A DNA stretch of 64,000 bases from Octopus sinensis (Eukaryota). Position 1 is the first letter of the stretch; each line of letters begins with the position of its first letter. The stretch lies in the NCBI RefSeq assembly GCF_006345805.1, contig NC_043019.1, forward strand, positions 6,819,360-6,883,359, written 5' to 3'. Under the pieces are notes generated by a model, which was not told where the DNA came from, searched no databases, and saw only the letters and a list, made by a program, of their open reading frames with translations. The position numbers were made by a program, and so were the translations under genes. This document shows, piece after piece, positions 52,035 to 64,000 of this stretch.

Positions 52035-52460
52035 GGCTAGCTGGCAGAATCGTTAGTACGCCCGGCAAAATGCTTAACAGTATTTCATCTGCCGTTACGT
52101 TCTGAGTTCAAATTCTGCCGAGGTCGGGTCGACTTTGCCTTTCATCCTTTCGGGGTCGATAAATTAAGTACCAGTTACGCACTGGGGTCGATGTAATCGA
52201 CTTAATCCCTTTGTCAGTCCTTGTTTGTCCCCTCTATATTTAGCCCCTTGTGGGCAATAAAGAAATGAGAATCGCTAGCACGCCCGGCAAAATGTTTAGC
52301 AGTATTTCGTACGTCTTTACGTTCTGAGTTCATATTCCGCCGAGGTCAACTTTGCCTTTTATCCTTGCGGCGTTCGATAATTTAAGTACCTGTTGCGTAC
52401 TGAGAACGATCTAATCGACTGCCCCAACTTCAGGTCTTGTGCCTATAGTAGAAAGGATTA
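52035..52460 (+). mobile_element. Nested SINE-A: tail-1 copy followed by a tail-2 copy lacking its first bases
   Basis: Both units share the unusual head variant agaatcg.tag.acgcccggcaaaatg.tta.cagtatttc. Confidence 0.85.
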
Positions 52461-52494
52461 TACTGGAGGGGCAAAAATAGGTATACAATTGCTA

Positions 52495-52800
52495 AATATG
52501 AGTGGAAAGCCCTTCGAGTCGATTTGGCAGATGGAAACTGAAAGAAGCCTGCCGTATGTCCGTGCGTGCGTACTCCTGTGTGTGTACGCGCGCAATTGTG
52601 TATATTTTTTGCGTCCGTGTTTGTCCCTTATCACAGCTTGACAACCGGTGTTAGTGTGTTGTCGTACTCGTAACTTAGCGGTTCGGCCACAGACACCGAT
52701 AGAATATACACTACGCTTCGAAAAATCAAATAATAGAGGTCGATTCATTCGATCAAAAATTTCTTAAGGCTGTGCCACAGCATGGCCGTAGTCCATTGAA
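52495..52800 (+). mobile_element. SINE-B, 5'-truncated and diverged
   Basis: gatttggcagatggaaactgaaagaagcc..gcttgacaaccggtg..taacttagcggttcggc..cagcatggccg. Confidence 0.8.
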
Positions 52801-53589
52801 AAAAACAAGTAGGAGTTAAGAAAAATAAACAGATGGGATTGTCATGTTTGGAACACTCTTACACATAAGTCTGCTCGTTCAGAGTCGATCTGAAGCAACA
52901 CTCTACCAACATCCACTTAAACAAGTTTAGAGCTGTCGTACATGAATATATTTAAATAAATAAATACCTGCAAGTCCGTATGGATTGCATGTGCGCACTA
53001 ATGTGATTTCCCGCCACCGTATCTCTAATCTAAGGTATAATGTCGATATATTGAAGCGCAACCTGATAAATATATCAATAGTTTATATCAGATATCAATT
53101 TATGTTATCTCAACTAACAATTCCAGACTAGAATATTTCATCTGAGTTGTTAATTAAATAATCAATGAGAGTACACACATCTTGTTGTCGAAGACGTTTC
53201 CAAGGTTATTAGAATCGAGGTTTCGTTCAAAACTGTGTTTCATTAGAATGAACGATAAGCAGCATTCTATATCCTAGTAATTCTTCGTCTTCCACTGTTA
53301 CTTGTATAAAAGTTTCTGCAAGCAGAAACCGAAACAGATGTCATAAATCTTAACAAATGTTATTAATCTGCATCACTCGACTGATACAAGATTTGAAAGG
53401 TTTTGTATTTATGAAACTTGGGAGGATGAAGAGTAAAATAGCTATTAATTCTATTTGTTCTTAGAAGGTAAACAACCGCAGCTGAATACCACTCGGCAGT
53501 TTTTGCCCACCATGAACTTTTTCTGCCAATCAACCTCATTCTTGCAAAATAAGCGCATAAGTCATGTTATAAGACGAAAACTACAACAC

Positions 53590-53780
53590 ATATCAATTCA
53601 CTATTTAATCTCCCGCAACGTAGTCCCATTCTGAGGCCATTCACTTTATACACCGCCATCTCCGTTCGTTTCCTCGCGTCTTGAAATCTCGTTCTTTCTA
53701 TTGAAATCTTGCTTTACATCCGGGGTCGTAGACAGTTTGCAAAACCCTCGACATTATCACGAAAATCTTGCGTAACTGAA
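53590..53780. promoter_or_regulatory. CpG-dense unique segment, possible promoter or first exon
   Basis: About a dozen CpGs in about 180 bp; YY1-like/Kozak-like gagATGGCGG on the minus strand (ATG 53659-57). Speculative. Confidence 0.25.
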
Positions 53781-54227
53781 ACCTGATATAGTTTTCGAAA
53801 GTGCCACACTCTACACAATTTACTTGCAAGCATTGTTTTAAACACTGGAGGAGATCGAAAACGCTACACCTTTGTGCGCATGCTTGCCAGAGCTCAAGGC
53901 CAATCTATGCCACGCGGTTTTTCGCTACGTACTTTAGCTCCGTTCCCACAGCAACAACACAATACATTTTGATCAGATCTCGTTCATATATCAAATGGAA
54001 GAGGACTTCTCTATGCGATGGCTACATCTCTCAAAAATACCGACTAAATTATCCTTATACGTTTTACGACTTATAGCAAGGAGCCACTGATTAATTGAAT
54101 CCCAGCCAAAAGACGAGAAGCAGAATGATTTTCAATCAAGTTTGACAGGGGGCAATAACATATATCAAAATCTGTCTAAATATAAATCTTTCTCGCAACC
54201 CACCGTCTCCTTTCTGTTTCTCTCTCC

Positions 54228-54265
<38 letters not shown>

Positions 54266-54603
54266 GTGTGTGTGCGCGTGTACAGAAGTGCACAGTGTTA
54301 TGAGAATAAGCTTGTAGGTGGACGTGTGTAGAAAATTAAAATAGATTAAAGCGGAAGACATTTAATGTAAGTGATATGGAACGTTAATTAAGAAGAGAAA
54401 GTAATTAGTGCTTCGGTAAGTGGCTGACGAATAACCATTGAAAGAGACTTCGTGATACGCTAAATATTTGTATACAAGGTGACTATTTCACGGCTAAAAA
54501 TGATATGAGATATAATGGTTAGCAAATGTTTTGAAGGACCAAAAATAGTATTTGCCTAAATAAATGATGAATTAGAAAACTGAAAGAAACCTTTCGCGAA
54601 TAA

Positions 54604-54636
<33 letters not shown>

Positions 54637-54647
54637 ATATATGTATG

Positions 54648-54692
<45 letters not shown>

Positions 54693-54700
54693 TATGTATG

Positions 54701-54739
<39 letters not shown>

Positions 54740-54969
54740 CCGTGTGTGTGTGTGTGTGTGCGTTTGTTTGTGCATATGTGTGTGCATAGTCTATCTAAAT
54801 AAACAATTCAAGGAAAGACAAACAGGAAAACAACGAAAGCGAGGCCGTGCAGAAGAGTGTAAAGGCTCGTCTTTGCACTTTCGGCCGGTTACTCTCGAGA
54901 CTGTTCTAATCTGGCCGGCCCCAAGAAAATCTAAGCTAAGGGCAATAGACTCTTTGGAATTAAGCAAGT

Positions 54970-55435
54970 GAATGCATAGGAAAACAAGGATGAAAAAACG
55001 GGGAAATGGTACAGAAAAATACAAACAACAGGGCGTTAAAAACAGGTGTCTTTCGGCTGAGGACGAATTAAATTAAGCTGGCGTGTGTGGAAGTGAAGTC
55101 TTACGGCAAGAGCATGGGTCATTGCAGTCATGGGAGGGAATATAAGAGATACTACACGGACGGCAGTGAAACCAAGAAAGGTCAGGCTTGGTGGAAAACT
55201 GGTCACGTGGAAGGAGAGGCGAAACGTAGCGGGCAGAGGGATAGAAGAATTAAAGAGGGACGAGAAATATTGAGAAAAAAAGAAAAGGGACAACGTGAGG
55301 TAAAGGAGGAAGGAAAGTGATGAGAATGAAGGGAAGGCCAAGGAATGTGAGAGAGGGGGAGAGAGGAAAAGAAAAGTGGAATGAACGAAGACTGTGTGAA
55401 AGGGACTAAAGAAAAGAGTGAAAGAGTCATACAGA
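54970..55435 (-). repeat. Second copy of the 1600-2110 pyrimidine-rich repeat
   Basis: caggtgtctttcg.ct.aggac..aattaagctggcgtgtgtgga on +. Confidence 0.7.
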
Positions 55436-55483
55436 ACTATTTTTATTTTTATTTTATTTTCATTTTTATTTTATATACATATA

Positions 55484-55903
55484 GGCTTAGGAGTGGCTGT
55501 GTGGTAAGTAGCTTGCTAACCAACCACATGGTTCCGGGTTCAGTCCCACCGCGTGGCATCTTGGGCAAGTGTCTTCTGCTATAGCCCCGGGCCGACCAAT
55601 GCCTTGTGAGTGGATTTGGTAGACGGAAACTGAAAGAAGCCTGTCGTATATATGTATATATATATGTATGTGTGTGTGTATATGTTTGTGTGTCTGTGTT
55701 TGTCCCCCTAACATTGCTTGACAACCGATGCTGGTGTGTTTACGTCCCCGTCACTTAGCGGTTCGGCAAAATAGACCGATAGAATAAGTACTGGGCTTAC
55801 AATGAATAATTCCCGGGGGTCGATTTGCTCGACTAAAGGCGGTGCTCCAGCATGGCCGCAGTCAAATGACTGAAACAAGTAAAAGAGTAAAAGAGTAAAA
55901 GAG
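55484..55903 (+). mobile_element. Full-length SINE family B
   Basis: Head, body, internal (TA)/(TG) tract, 3' module and (gtaaaaga)n tail are all present. Confidence 0.92.
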
Positions 55904-56809
55904 ATATATGTCTTCAGCAATGTAACTTCACGTCTGCCGTGTATACACAGACACACACATTAACATACACATTCACACACACACACACACAACACACACA
56001 CACACATGCACGTGATAGAATATTCACTTGCTGTTGAAAAAGCAACTTAACGACATTAAATTACCATATTTGTTACATCTGAAATTCACTTAAGACCCTT
56101 CTTTAAAAAAAAAAAGAAATTCTCTTCCCTTCCTTACAACCCCAGAAACACATTTTCGCGTTAATGAGCAATTTCGTATTTACTATTTACCGACACAGAT
56201 AATGTACTGCTGTCTTGTGTTTGTAATAAAGTGTTTTGTTTTAAGAGTGCGCTCGCTTTGATGTTTCCATTCGTACAATTATTTATTTTCTCTGTCTTTG
56301 AACAGTAGTCAGTCGTCGCACTAGTTACTGGTGTTGTTTTTGTAGCTAGTCATTTAACAAAAGTACTATGATTAAATTTGACCAACTGTTAGACATCATG
56401 TCTTTTCCCAAAATCAATTATCCAATATTCATTTTTCATTTTGTTCAAAGACGTTAGCAATGGCATTGTTATATTTTCCCTATTATAGAATCGGTTGCAC
56501 GTGGTGATATTTGGCTACTATCTCTACGCGTACGACTTTCTAGTATCTTTGTTACTTTGGCTTGACTTAACAAACACTAACCAATCTGTGAAAAGTCTAA
56601 TACGCTTCAATGATCAATGGTGCCGTCTTTTCTTCGTATATAAAACTTCGTCTTAATAAGTTCTATTGTTACAGTACATCATTAAAATATCCTTATTCGG
56701 ACCTTTTTTTGTCTCAGTTCGACGCCATATTATTTGTTGGCGCCCATCTTGAGTTTTCAGACATGTATTTATTCATAGCGAACTCTCATTAAACGATATA
56801 TTTGATTGT

Positions 56810-56855
56810 GAATATATATATATATATATACACACACACATATATATATACATAT

Positions 56856-56928
<73 letters not shown>

Positions 56929-56958
56929 ATACACACACACATATATATATACATATGT

Positions 56959-56989
<31 letters not shown>

Positions 56990-57177
56990 CATATGTACAC
57001 ACACACACACATATATACATGTATATACACACACACACACATATATATACATATGTACACACACACACACACTATATATATATATATTATATATATATAT
57101 ATAATATATATATACACACACACACATATATATACATATGTACACACACACACACACATATATATATATACATATGT

Positions 57178-57208
<31 letters not shown>

Positions 57209-57239
57209 CACACACACACATATATATATACATATGTAT

Positions 57240-57300
<61 letters not shown>
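56810..57300. repeat. Mosaic (CA)n/(TA)n tract with a higher-order repeat of about 30 bp
   Basis: Recurrent (CA)n(TA)n-catatgta units. Confidence 0.9.
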
Positions 57301-57644
57301 TGTGTGTGTGTTGAATGATATTTCCTTAAAACCTGTACTTCTCTTATTGAACCGATGTTTGTTGTGGTTGTTTGTGTTAGTTAATGTTGTTGCTGTTATT
57401 TTTCTCGTTCTGTAATTATGTTCAGATGAAACGTAATTATGTTTTGAAGCTGACACACCATGACAGTCTCTTATTATTTCCATCATTAGTTCGCGTCGGA
57501 ATACATTAAACACTGTGTGTCCCATTTTCCATAATTAGTGTCGTAAAATTGAAGCAATCGTCACCGCAAATTTGAATAGTCCTTTGAGACTGCCCCATTC
57601 ACACATATACTCTAACGTACTTCGTTGTTCTATGTTGGTGTATA

Positions 57645-57755
57645 CCTATTTCTTTACTACCAACAGGGGGCTTAAACACAGAGGAGACAAACAAGGAGAG
57701 ACAAACGGATTAAGTCGAATTCATCGACCCCGGTGCGTAACTGGTACTTATTTAA
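57645..57755 (-). mobile_element. SINE-A tail-1 3' fragment
   Basis: cctatttctttactac..ggacaaacaagga-like..cggattaagtcga..gcgtaactggtactta. Confidence 0.8.
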
Positions 57756-58049
57756 TGTAACTTTGAGTGCATCAGAAAATATGGTGACATGCGCTATAAC
57801 AGCACGTCGCTGCCTCCGCCATTTGATTGTGATTCCTTACTCCTGATTGATAGCACCTTTGCACCATTCAGGTGTCAATCCTCCAACTCACGGGTTTGTT
57901 TGGGTTGTCATTGCTGGCGAGTGTTTTTTCGAAGTAGGATGGCAAGTGATGCCTCGCCGCCAATTTAGTCTCATTTTATGTCAGGAAGCGGAACGATTGG
58001 ATCTATTCTTTGACTTGCCGATTCTTGCACGGTATTTGAGCAATATGAA

Positions 58050-58460
58050 ATGAAATATTATTTTCATGAGCACAACACATCTCCCCGTCCGGGAATCGAA
58101 CACATGATACGGTCATCGAGATTGGAACAACCTAACCGCTAGGCCACGGCACTTGCTTAATCGACATACATTCACAAACATGCCCCTGTCTCAAGTTGAT
58201 AAGTTCATTGTATTCTCCCCCTACCACCTGCGTTGGATGCGCGAGGCTTAGTGGTTTGGGTGCTGGATTCATGATCGTAAGAATGTGATCTCGATGCCGG
58301 GATCGAGCGAGGCTTTGTATTCTTGAGCAAAACACTTCATTTCTCGTTGCTCCAGTCCACTTAGCTGACAAAATGAGTAATCCTGCGATGGCCCTACGTC
58401 CGCCCAAGGAGCGGGGATTTATACGCCATGAAAGCGAGAAAGTAGCCTTTATGACTCGTT
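58050..58460. mobile_element. Head-to-head SINE-C-type pair (58050-58150 minus; 58240-58460 plus)
   Basis: cgggaatcgaac..ctaaccgctaggccac; gcgaggcttagtggtt..ttcttgagcaaaacacttcatttc. Confidence 0.7.
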
Positions 58461-59020
58461 AAGACTTGAAAAGGTACCTTTTTCTTTACTGGCCCCCTGC
58501 AGCTAATATAATAGCATCTGCGATTCCAAGCTGGCTAAGCTCATAAGGGTCTATACGAAAGCATTTGCGACCCATGTCTCACTCCCGTCTCGTATTACCC
58601 TTGTTATGTACAGTCACCTGGAATTCGCACCAAACAATTTATCCTGTCTTTCCTTACCCAAACGTAGGTCTTCAGAGGGTGAAACCCTTCTTCTGTTTTT
58701 CCTACAAGTGTCAACTTGAAATGGTTCAAGTAAATATACCAACAATACCAGTAACGGTGGCGACGGGCTGCGTACGAAGACGGAGGGAACTGCCTTTCCT
58801 TCAGAGACAGTTAAGGAAAATATATTGTGCAGTAGTGTATTGTACGGATATTGTAATGCAGGGCTGTCTTTGCAACACTACTTTTAACAAGACTCATGCG
58901 TTTCTAAGCTTTCATATGTCTCAGGAGACAGCAGAATCCTCTAGAAAGATTACTGTGAATAAATGAAAAAAACGTATAATAAATTGGCACTACCTACTGA
59001 GTGTGTGTATATATGTAGAT

Positions 59021-59058
<38 letters not shown>

Positions 59059-59109
59059 GTATTTATATACATTAATTTTTAGTATAGACATTGGCATATC
59101 GTCAAATCA

Positions 59110-59160
<51 letters not shown>

Positions 59161-59239
59161 GGATAAAAACAGTCACACGGGCGCAGAGCAAAATATGCAA
59201 ACATACACGTAGACACATAACAACACAAACACACACACG

Positions 59240-59277
<38 letters not shown>

Positions 59278-60376
59278 ATATATGCAAGGCTGCGTGTGTA
59301 TGTTTGTCTGAGTGTATGTGTGTGTATTCTGGCTTTTGTTTGAGGAAACGCAAGACAATATTCAATATATATAAGTTGTAGAGTGTAGCGTGGAATAAAA
59401 CCGAGTCTCTGTTCCCCGTGACTTGAGATTCACGCTGCGATGATCATCAGGCAAGAATTCCTCCTCCTCCTCTTCCTCTTCGTCCTCATGTTGTGCATTC
59501 AAAATGGCTGATAACGTCCTTCTTGCTAGTTTGCTACCTTCCTATGCTGTTGTTTTGTTGTTGTTGTTGTTGTTGTTCTTGTTCCTTTTGTTCTTTTTTG
59601 AGGAAAGCTTGTTCGTGTAATTATTTTTCATGTTATTGCTCGATGTTCTTTATAATATTACTTTGTAGGATATTCGCTCTGGATTTCATCGAATCCATTT
59701 CCAATGAACGCTTGCACTATATTTTCATGATTCGGTTTGATGTTTCTCTTTTATAACTGTGTCATATTATTGTTTTGAATATATTCCTTTCATGGAACAA
59801 TCTCCGTATGTTCTATTTGTGATATCCAATTTTCCTAGTTCAGGTTCGATTCTTGTGTATAGTGTTTGTATATTTTTCTTAACACCTAAGATTAAATTTA
59901 TTTTTTCTTCTAGTATTTTCTGTTTTTTTTCGTGACGGTTCGTTCATTAAATGCAAGCGAATGTGTTTTTGATCTGCTCTTCATTTCGTCTCAGTTTGCT
60001 TAGCAAAGTGTTTCGAAAATTGTCTTCCCACAAGCTGTTTCCTGTTACGTTATAGTCCAGCAGTTAAACCTCAGTGTTCACAGGGTTTGTATCCACTTAC
60101 CGTTGAAAGGGGATGCACTGCATTTATGAGGATCTTTTGTGTGTGGATATACGTCTAAGCATAAGCCTGTGTGTGAGTGAGTGAGTGCAAGTGTATATAT
60201 GTATGTGTGTGTATATGCATGTATAAATATATGAGGCATAAACGTACGAACTACATTTCCATACGGGAGTATATAGTGTATGTATGTCTTTACGTACGTA
60301 GAACACACGCGGATTACTATGTGTGTAAGATGCATACAATTATATAACAAACACACAGACAAACATCTACACGCAT

Positions 60377-60672
60377 TACGAAATGGCTTCGAAGAGTTCC
60401 TGCACTAGTTATGTTTTATGAAATATAACATCAGCTCCTTCAAAATGTCACCTTGCGCAGCAATATATCGATCCCAGCGTTCCTGCCGGTTTTAGGACCC
60501 GGTCTCGAAATCCATAAGCGACCCGAGTATCTTCTTCGATTTGTTCAAGATGTTGATAACGGTGTTAAAACTGCGGCTTTGCGCTGCATTTTTATCTTGG
60601 CGAAGAGATAGAAGCTTGCTGACGCTAAATAGGGTGCTAACTGGGGAATAAAGCACAGGTGCTAAATGGGGA
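60377..60672 (-). mobile_element. 3' end of a mariner transposon with its terminal repeat
   Basis: Minus strand with frameshifts: YSP..LASASFYLFAKIKMQRK(G)RSF..ERWDRYIAAQGD; ends gaactcttcgaagccatttcg-TA. Confidence 0.75.
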
Positions 60673-60674
60673 AG

Positions 60675-60950
60675 TCGAAGTTGGTGGTGAAAGAGTGGTG
60701 GGCAGAACTCACACGGGACGGTTGGTGCAGGTAGAGTATGTTGAAGATGCTCCTTTCTTCTCCTGCGTTTTGCCTCCTCATTCTGTTGTCTGTTCTGCTC
60801 GAAGGAGCTGGCACCATTGCGGATAGCAGTCCTCCAGACAGTCCTATCCATATCAACCTGCTGCTATGAGGATGGCTGGTCTTTAAAACGGTATTTCAGA
60901 CCTACTCTGGGACTTGTTCCGATTGCAAGTTCCCCATCATCTATCGTAAT
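60675..60950 (-). pseudogene. 3' end of an RTE-clade LINE ORF2
   Basis: DGELAIGTSPRVGLKYRFKDQ then DRTVWRTAIRNGASSFEQNRQQNEEAKRRRRK..CEFC, a typical RTE C-terminus. Confidence 0.8.
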
Positions 60951-61323
60951 ATTTGTCACAAGATTCAGATTAACTCCATCTCATTTCGTCGTTAGAACAG
61001 CCATCGATATAACGTGTAGTTTTATATATTGTGGATTTCTATAAACAGTATTAGTCGCCTCCTCATTAAATTCGATGTGTTGTCTAATGAGATTATTATT
61101 TATGTAGTAACAAGGTTTTTTCATCTTTATTTACATGAATTATTAAGCGAAATGTATGCATATGTTTAATTATATATTCATTATACAAATATGGATGGTT
61201 TCAAATAAAATTCTATAGAATTATTGTCACATCACGCACAATCGCTAACACATATACTTACACAGGTAGTCAATCGTGCATACAGGGCTACGATTGTAAT
61301 TACGTTAAGTTATGTGCTTGAGG

Positions 61324-61412
<89 letters not shown>

Positions 61413-61606
61413 TAAATATTATATAATATATATATATATATATAAATATATAGATAGATAGAGATACATACATAAATACACACATGCATGCATATATATA
61501 TATACATGTATATATGCATATATATTTATGTACACATATTTATGTGTGTGTACATATATAAATATATATATGTGTATATATTTATATATATATATATAAA
61601 TACATA

Positions 61607-61656
<50 letters not shown>

Positions 61657-62199
61657 TGTGCGTGTGTATGCAGTAAAGCACAGTTATTAATATATATGTG
61701 GCTCACTTTGTATGTTTGCGTGTATGTGCGTGCTTGCGCGCGCGATTGTGTGTGTGTGTGTGTGCAGGTAAGAGAATATTTCTGTGCATTGTGTGTATGT
61801 GTGTGTGAGCGTGTTTATAATTATATATGTATATGAACAAAGCAATTACGCTATGCTTCCTTTAAACAGAAACCAATGCCACCATTTACAACGGCGCAAT
61901 TCTACTGATCTGTCGCTGAAAATTGTTATTTTGATTCTAAATTATCATATTATCCTATATGAATTTATTGAATATTTACATATTCATTAATCCATATACA
62001 TATATACTTGTATGTATATATGAGGGGTTCGGAGAGAGTGAGAGAGAGAGAAAGTGAGAGGGTGTTAGTGAAAGACAATTATTAAATCGGGATGAAATAT
62101 TGTTTTGTATCTTAATGGAATATATACAGCTATTTTACTAATCATTTTAGCTTTAATATGTTGGTATTATTACATGCAAAATGTATCAAACAGTTGCAT

Positions 62200-62835
<636 letters not shown>

Positions 62836-64000
62836 TGTATGTATAGACAGAAAGGAAGAAAAGACAAGGCAGTAGTCAGAATTTCTGGTTAAGTCTATGC
62901 TGGAAATATCTGTGATTATATTAAAATAAGTTAGAACATTTTCAAAAATAGCAGATAAAAATTAATAAAATTTATTAAATGGGATCTTGGAGAATTAGTA
63001 TTCCGCCGTTTCACTGCTATAATGCGCAATCACCACAGGCGACAATCATAATTAATTGTATATGGTATGCAAATTACGTGTTCTTGAGAAAGTTTCGCTA
63101 AAATCTCGCCCAAAGCAGTATAACTTGGCCAATTGTTTTAGCTCAGAATAATTTTTCCAATCGCAAAGTTTGTCTTGTGACTAAGATTTTTTCCTTGAAT
63201 TAATGTGTATAACGTATGCGTCTTTGTGTGGATGTGATTGTGTGTATATGTGCCTATATCTCTATTTATACCTGTCTATCTATATATCTATGCATGCTGG
63301 TATCTATGTGCATGTATATATATATACATGGATATACACATGTAGACAGACGCAAAGGCACACACAAATACAGCTCACACTCACACACGATTTGTGTAAA
63401 ATTGAATATGGAACAATCAAATATTACATGGCACAGCACTCCCCACATGTCATTAGTGGAATTTTAAGACCGTACTACGCTGAATCTAATCAACATGGAA
63501 ACTTGGAAATCAATATCATCCTTATACACACAAACACTCACACGTAAATACACACACATACATATACACATACACTCATACACACAGAAACACCTCTCTC
63601 TCTTTATATATGTTTATATATATTCATACATACATATATTTAACATATGTGTGTGTGGATAACTGTGCGTATATGTATGTGTCTGCATGTATGATTACTA
63701 CCTGTGAATATAGACATTTCATTTCTTAACCCTATATATTCACAGGATAAATAAATATTTTATCCATAGTTTCAACCCAGCTCTTTGCGATTTTCCAATG
63801 GTTCTGTTCGGCTGTCTTTTTTCTGCCTCCTTCGTTAACGGATTTTAAGACCGCTCAAAATGGCCGATCATTAAATCACCTCACTTAATCCTGACTTTCT
63901 CTGTTTTAACTTGAATTATATTCGATCATGTTACTGTCGAAAATTGTGTTGCTCTTATATGCTCTCTTGCTAAATTGCTACATTTCTATCAATTGCTGAG

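Noticed and set aside
55043-55070. ctgaggacgaa as a hammerhead core
   Set aside because: No stem II and no GAAA-stem III-UH arrangement; the other copy has ctaagg
60101-60166. 66-bp candidate minus exon (GLCLDVYPHTKDPHKCSASPFN)
   Set aside because: Acceptor lies in microsatellite-like sequence; the ricin-like GLCLD echo has no QxW support

Overview
AT-rich, repeat-dominated non-coding eukaryotic DNA (intergenic or a large intron). No host protein-coding gene is recognisable. The mix of long (TA)n/(CA)n/(GATA)n microsatellites and abundant tRNA-derived SINEs resembles octopod cephalopod (Octopus-like) DNA; this is inference from repeat content, not checked. Nearly all supplied ORFs are microsatellite artefacts. 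The window holds three SINE families (my labels A, B, C; roughly 45 copies or fragments), decayed RTE and R4/Dong-type LINE pieces, mariner fragments and several Penelope-like terminal repeats. The most interesting signal is a set of type I hammerhead ribozyme motifs read directly from the sequence. (1) A complete hammerhead with a bulged stem I at 26723-26804. (2) A minimal, dimer-type hammerhead at 40577-40627, inside a composite element (Pol III A/B-box head + (AAT)n + Penelope-like body) whose 5' end abuts an inverted partial copy of itself; this may be a ribozyme-carrying SINE mobilised by Penelope-like elements. (3) Four decayed minimal hammerheads of a third family. SINE-A also appears to insert into its own heads at a GGTAT site. 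Repeat boundaries are approximate and were aligned by eye.
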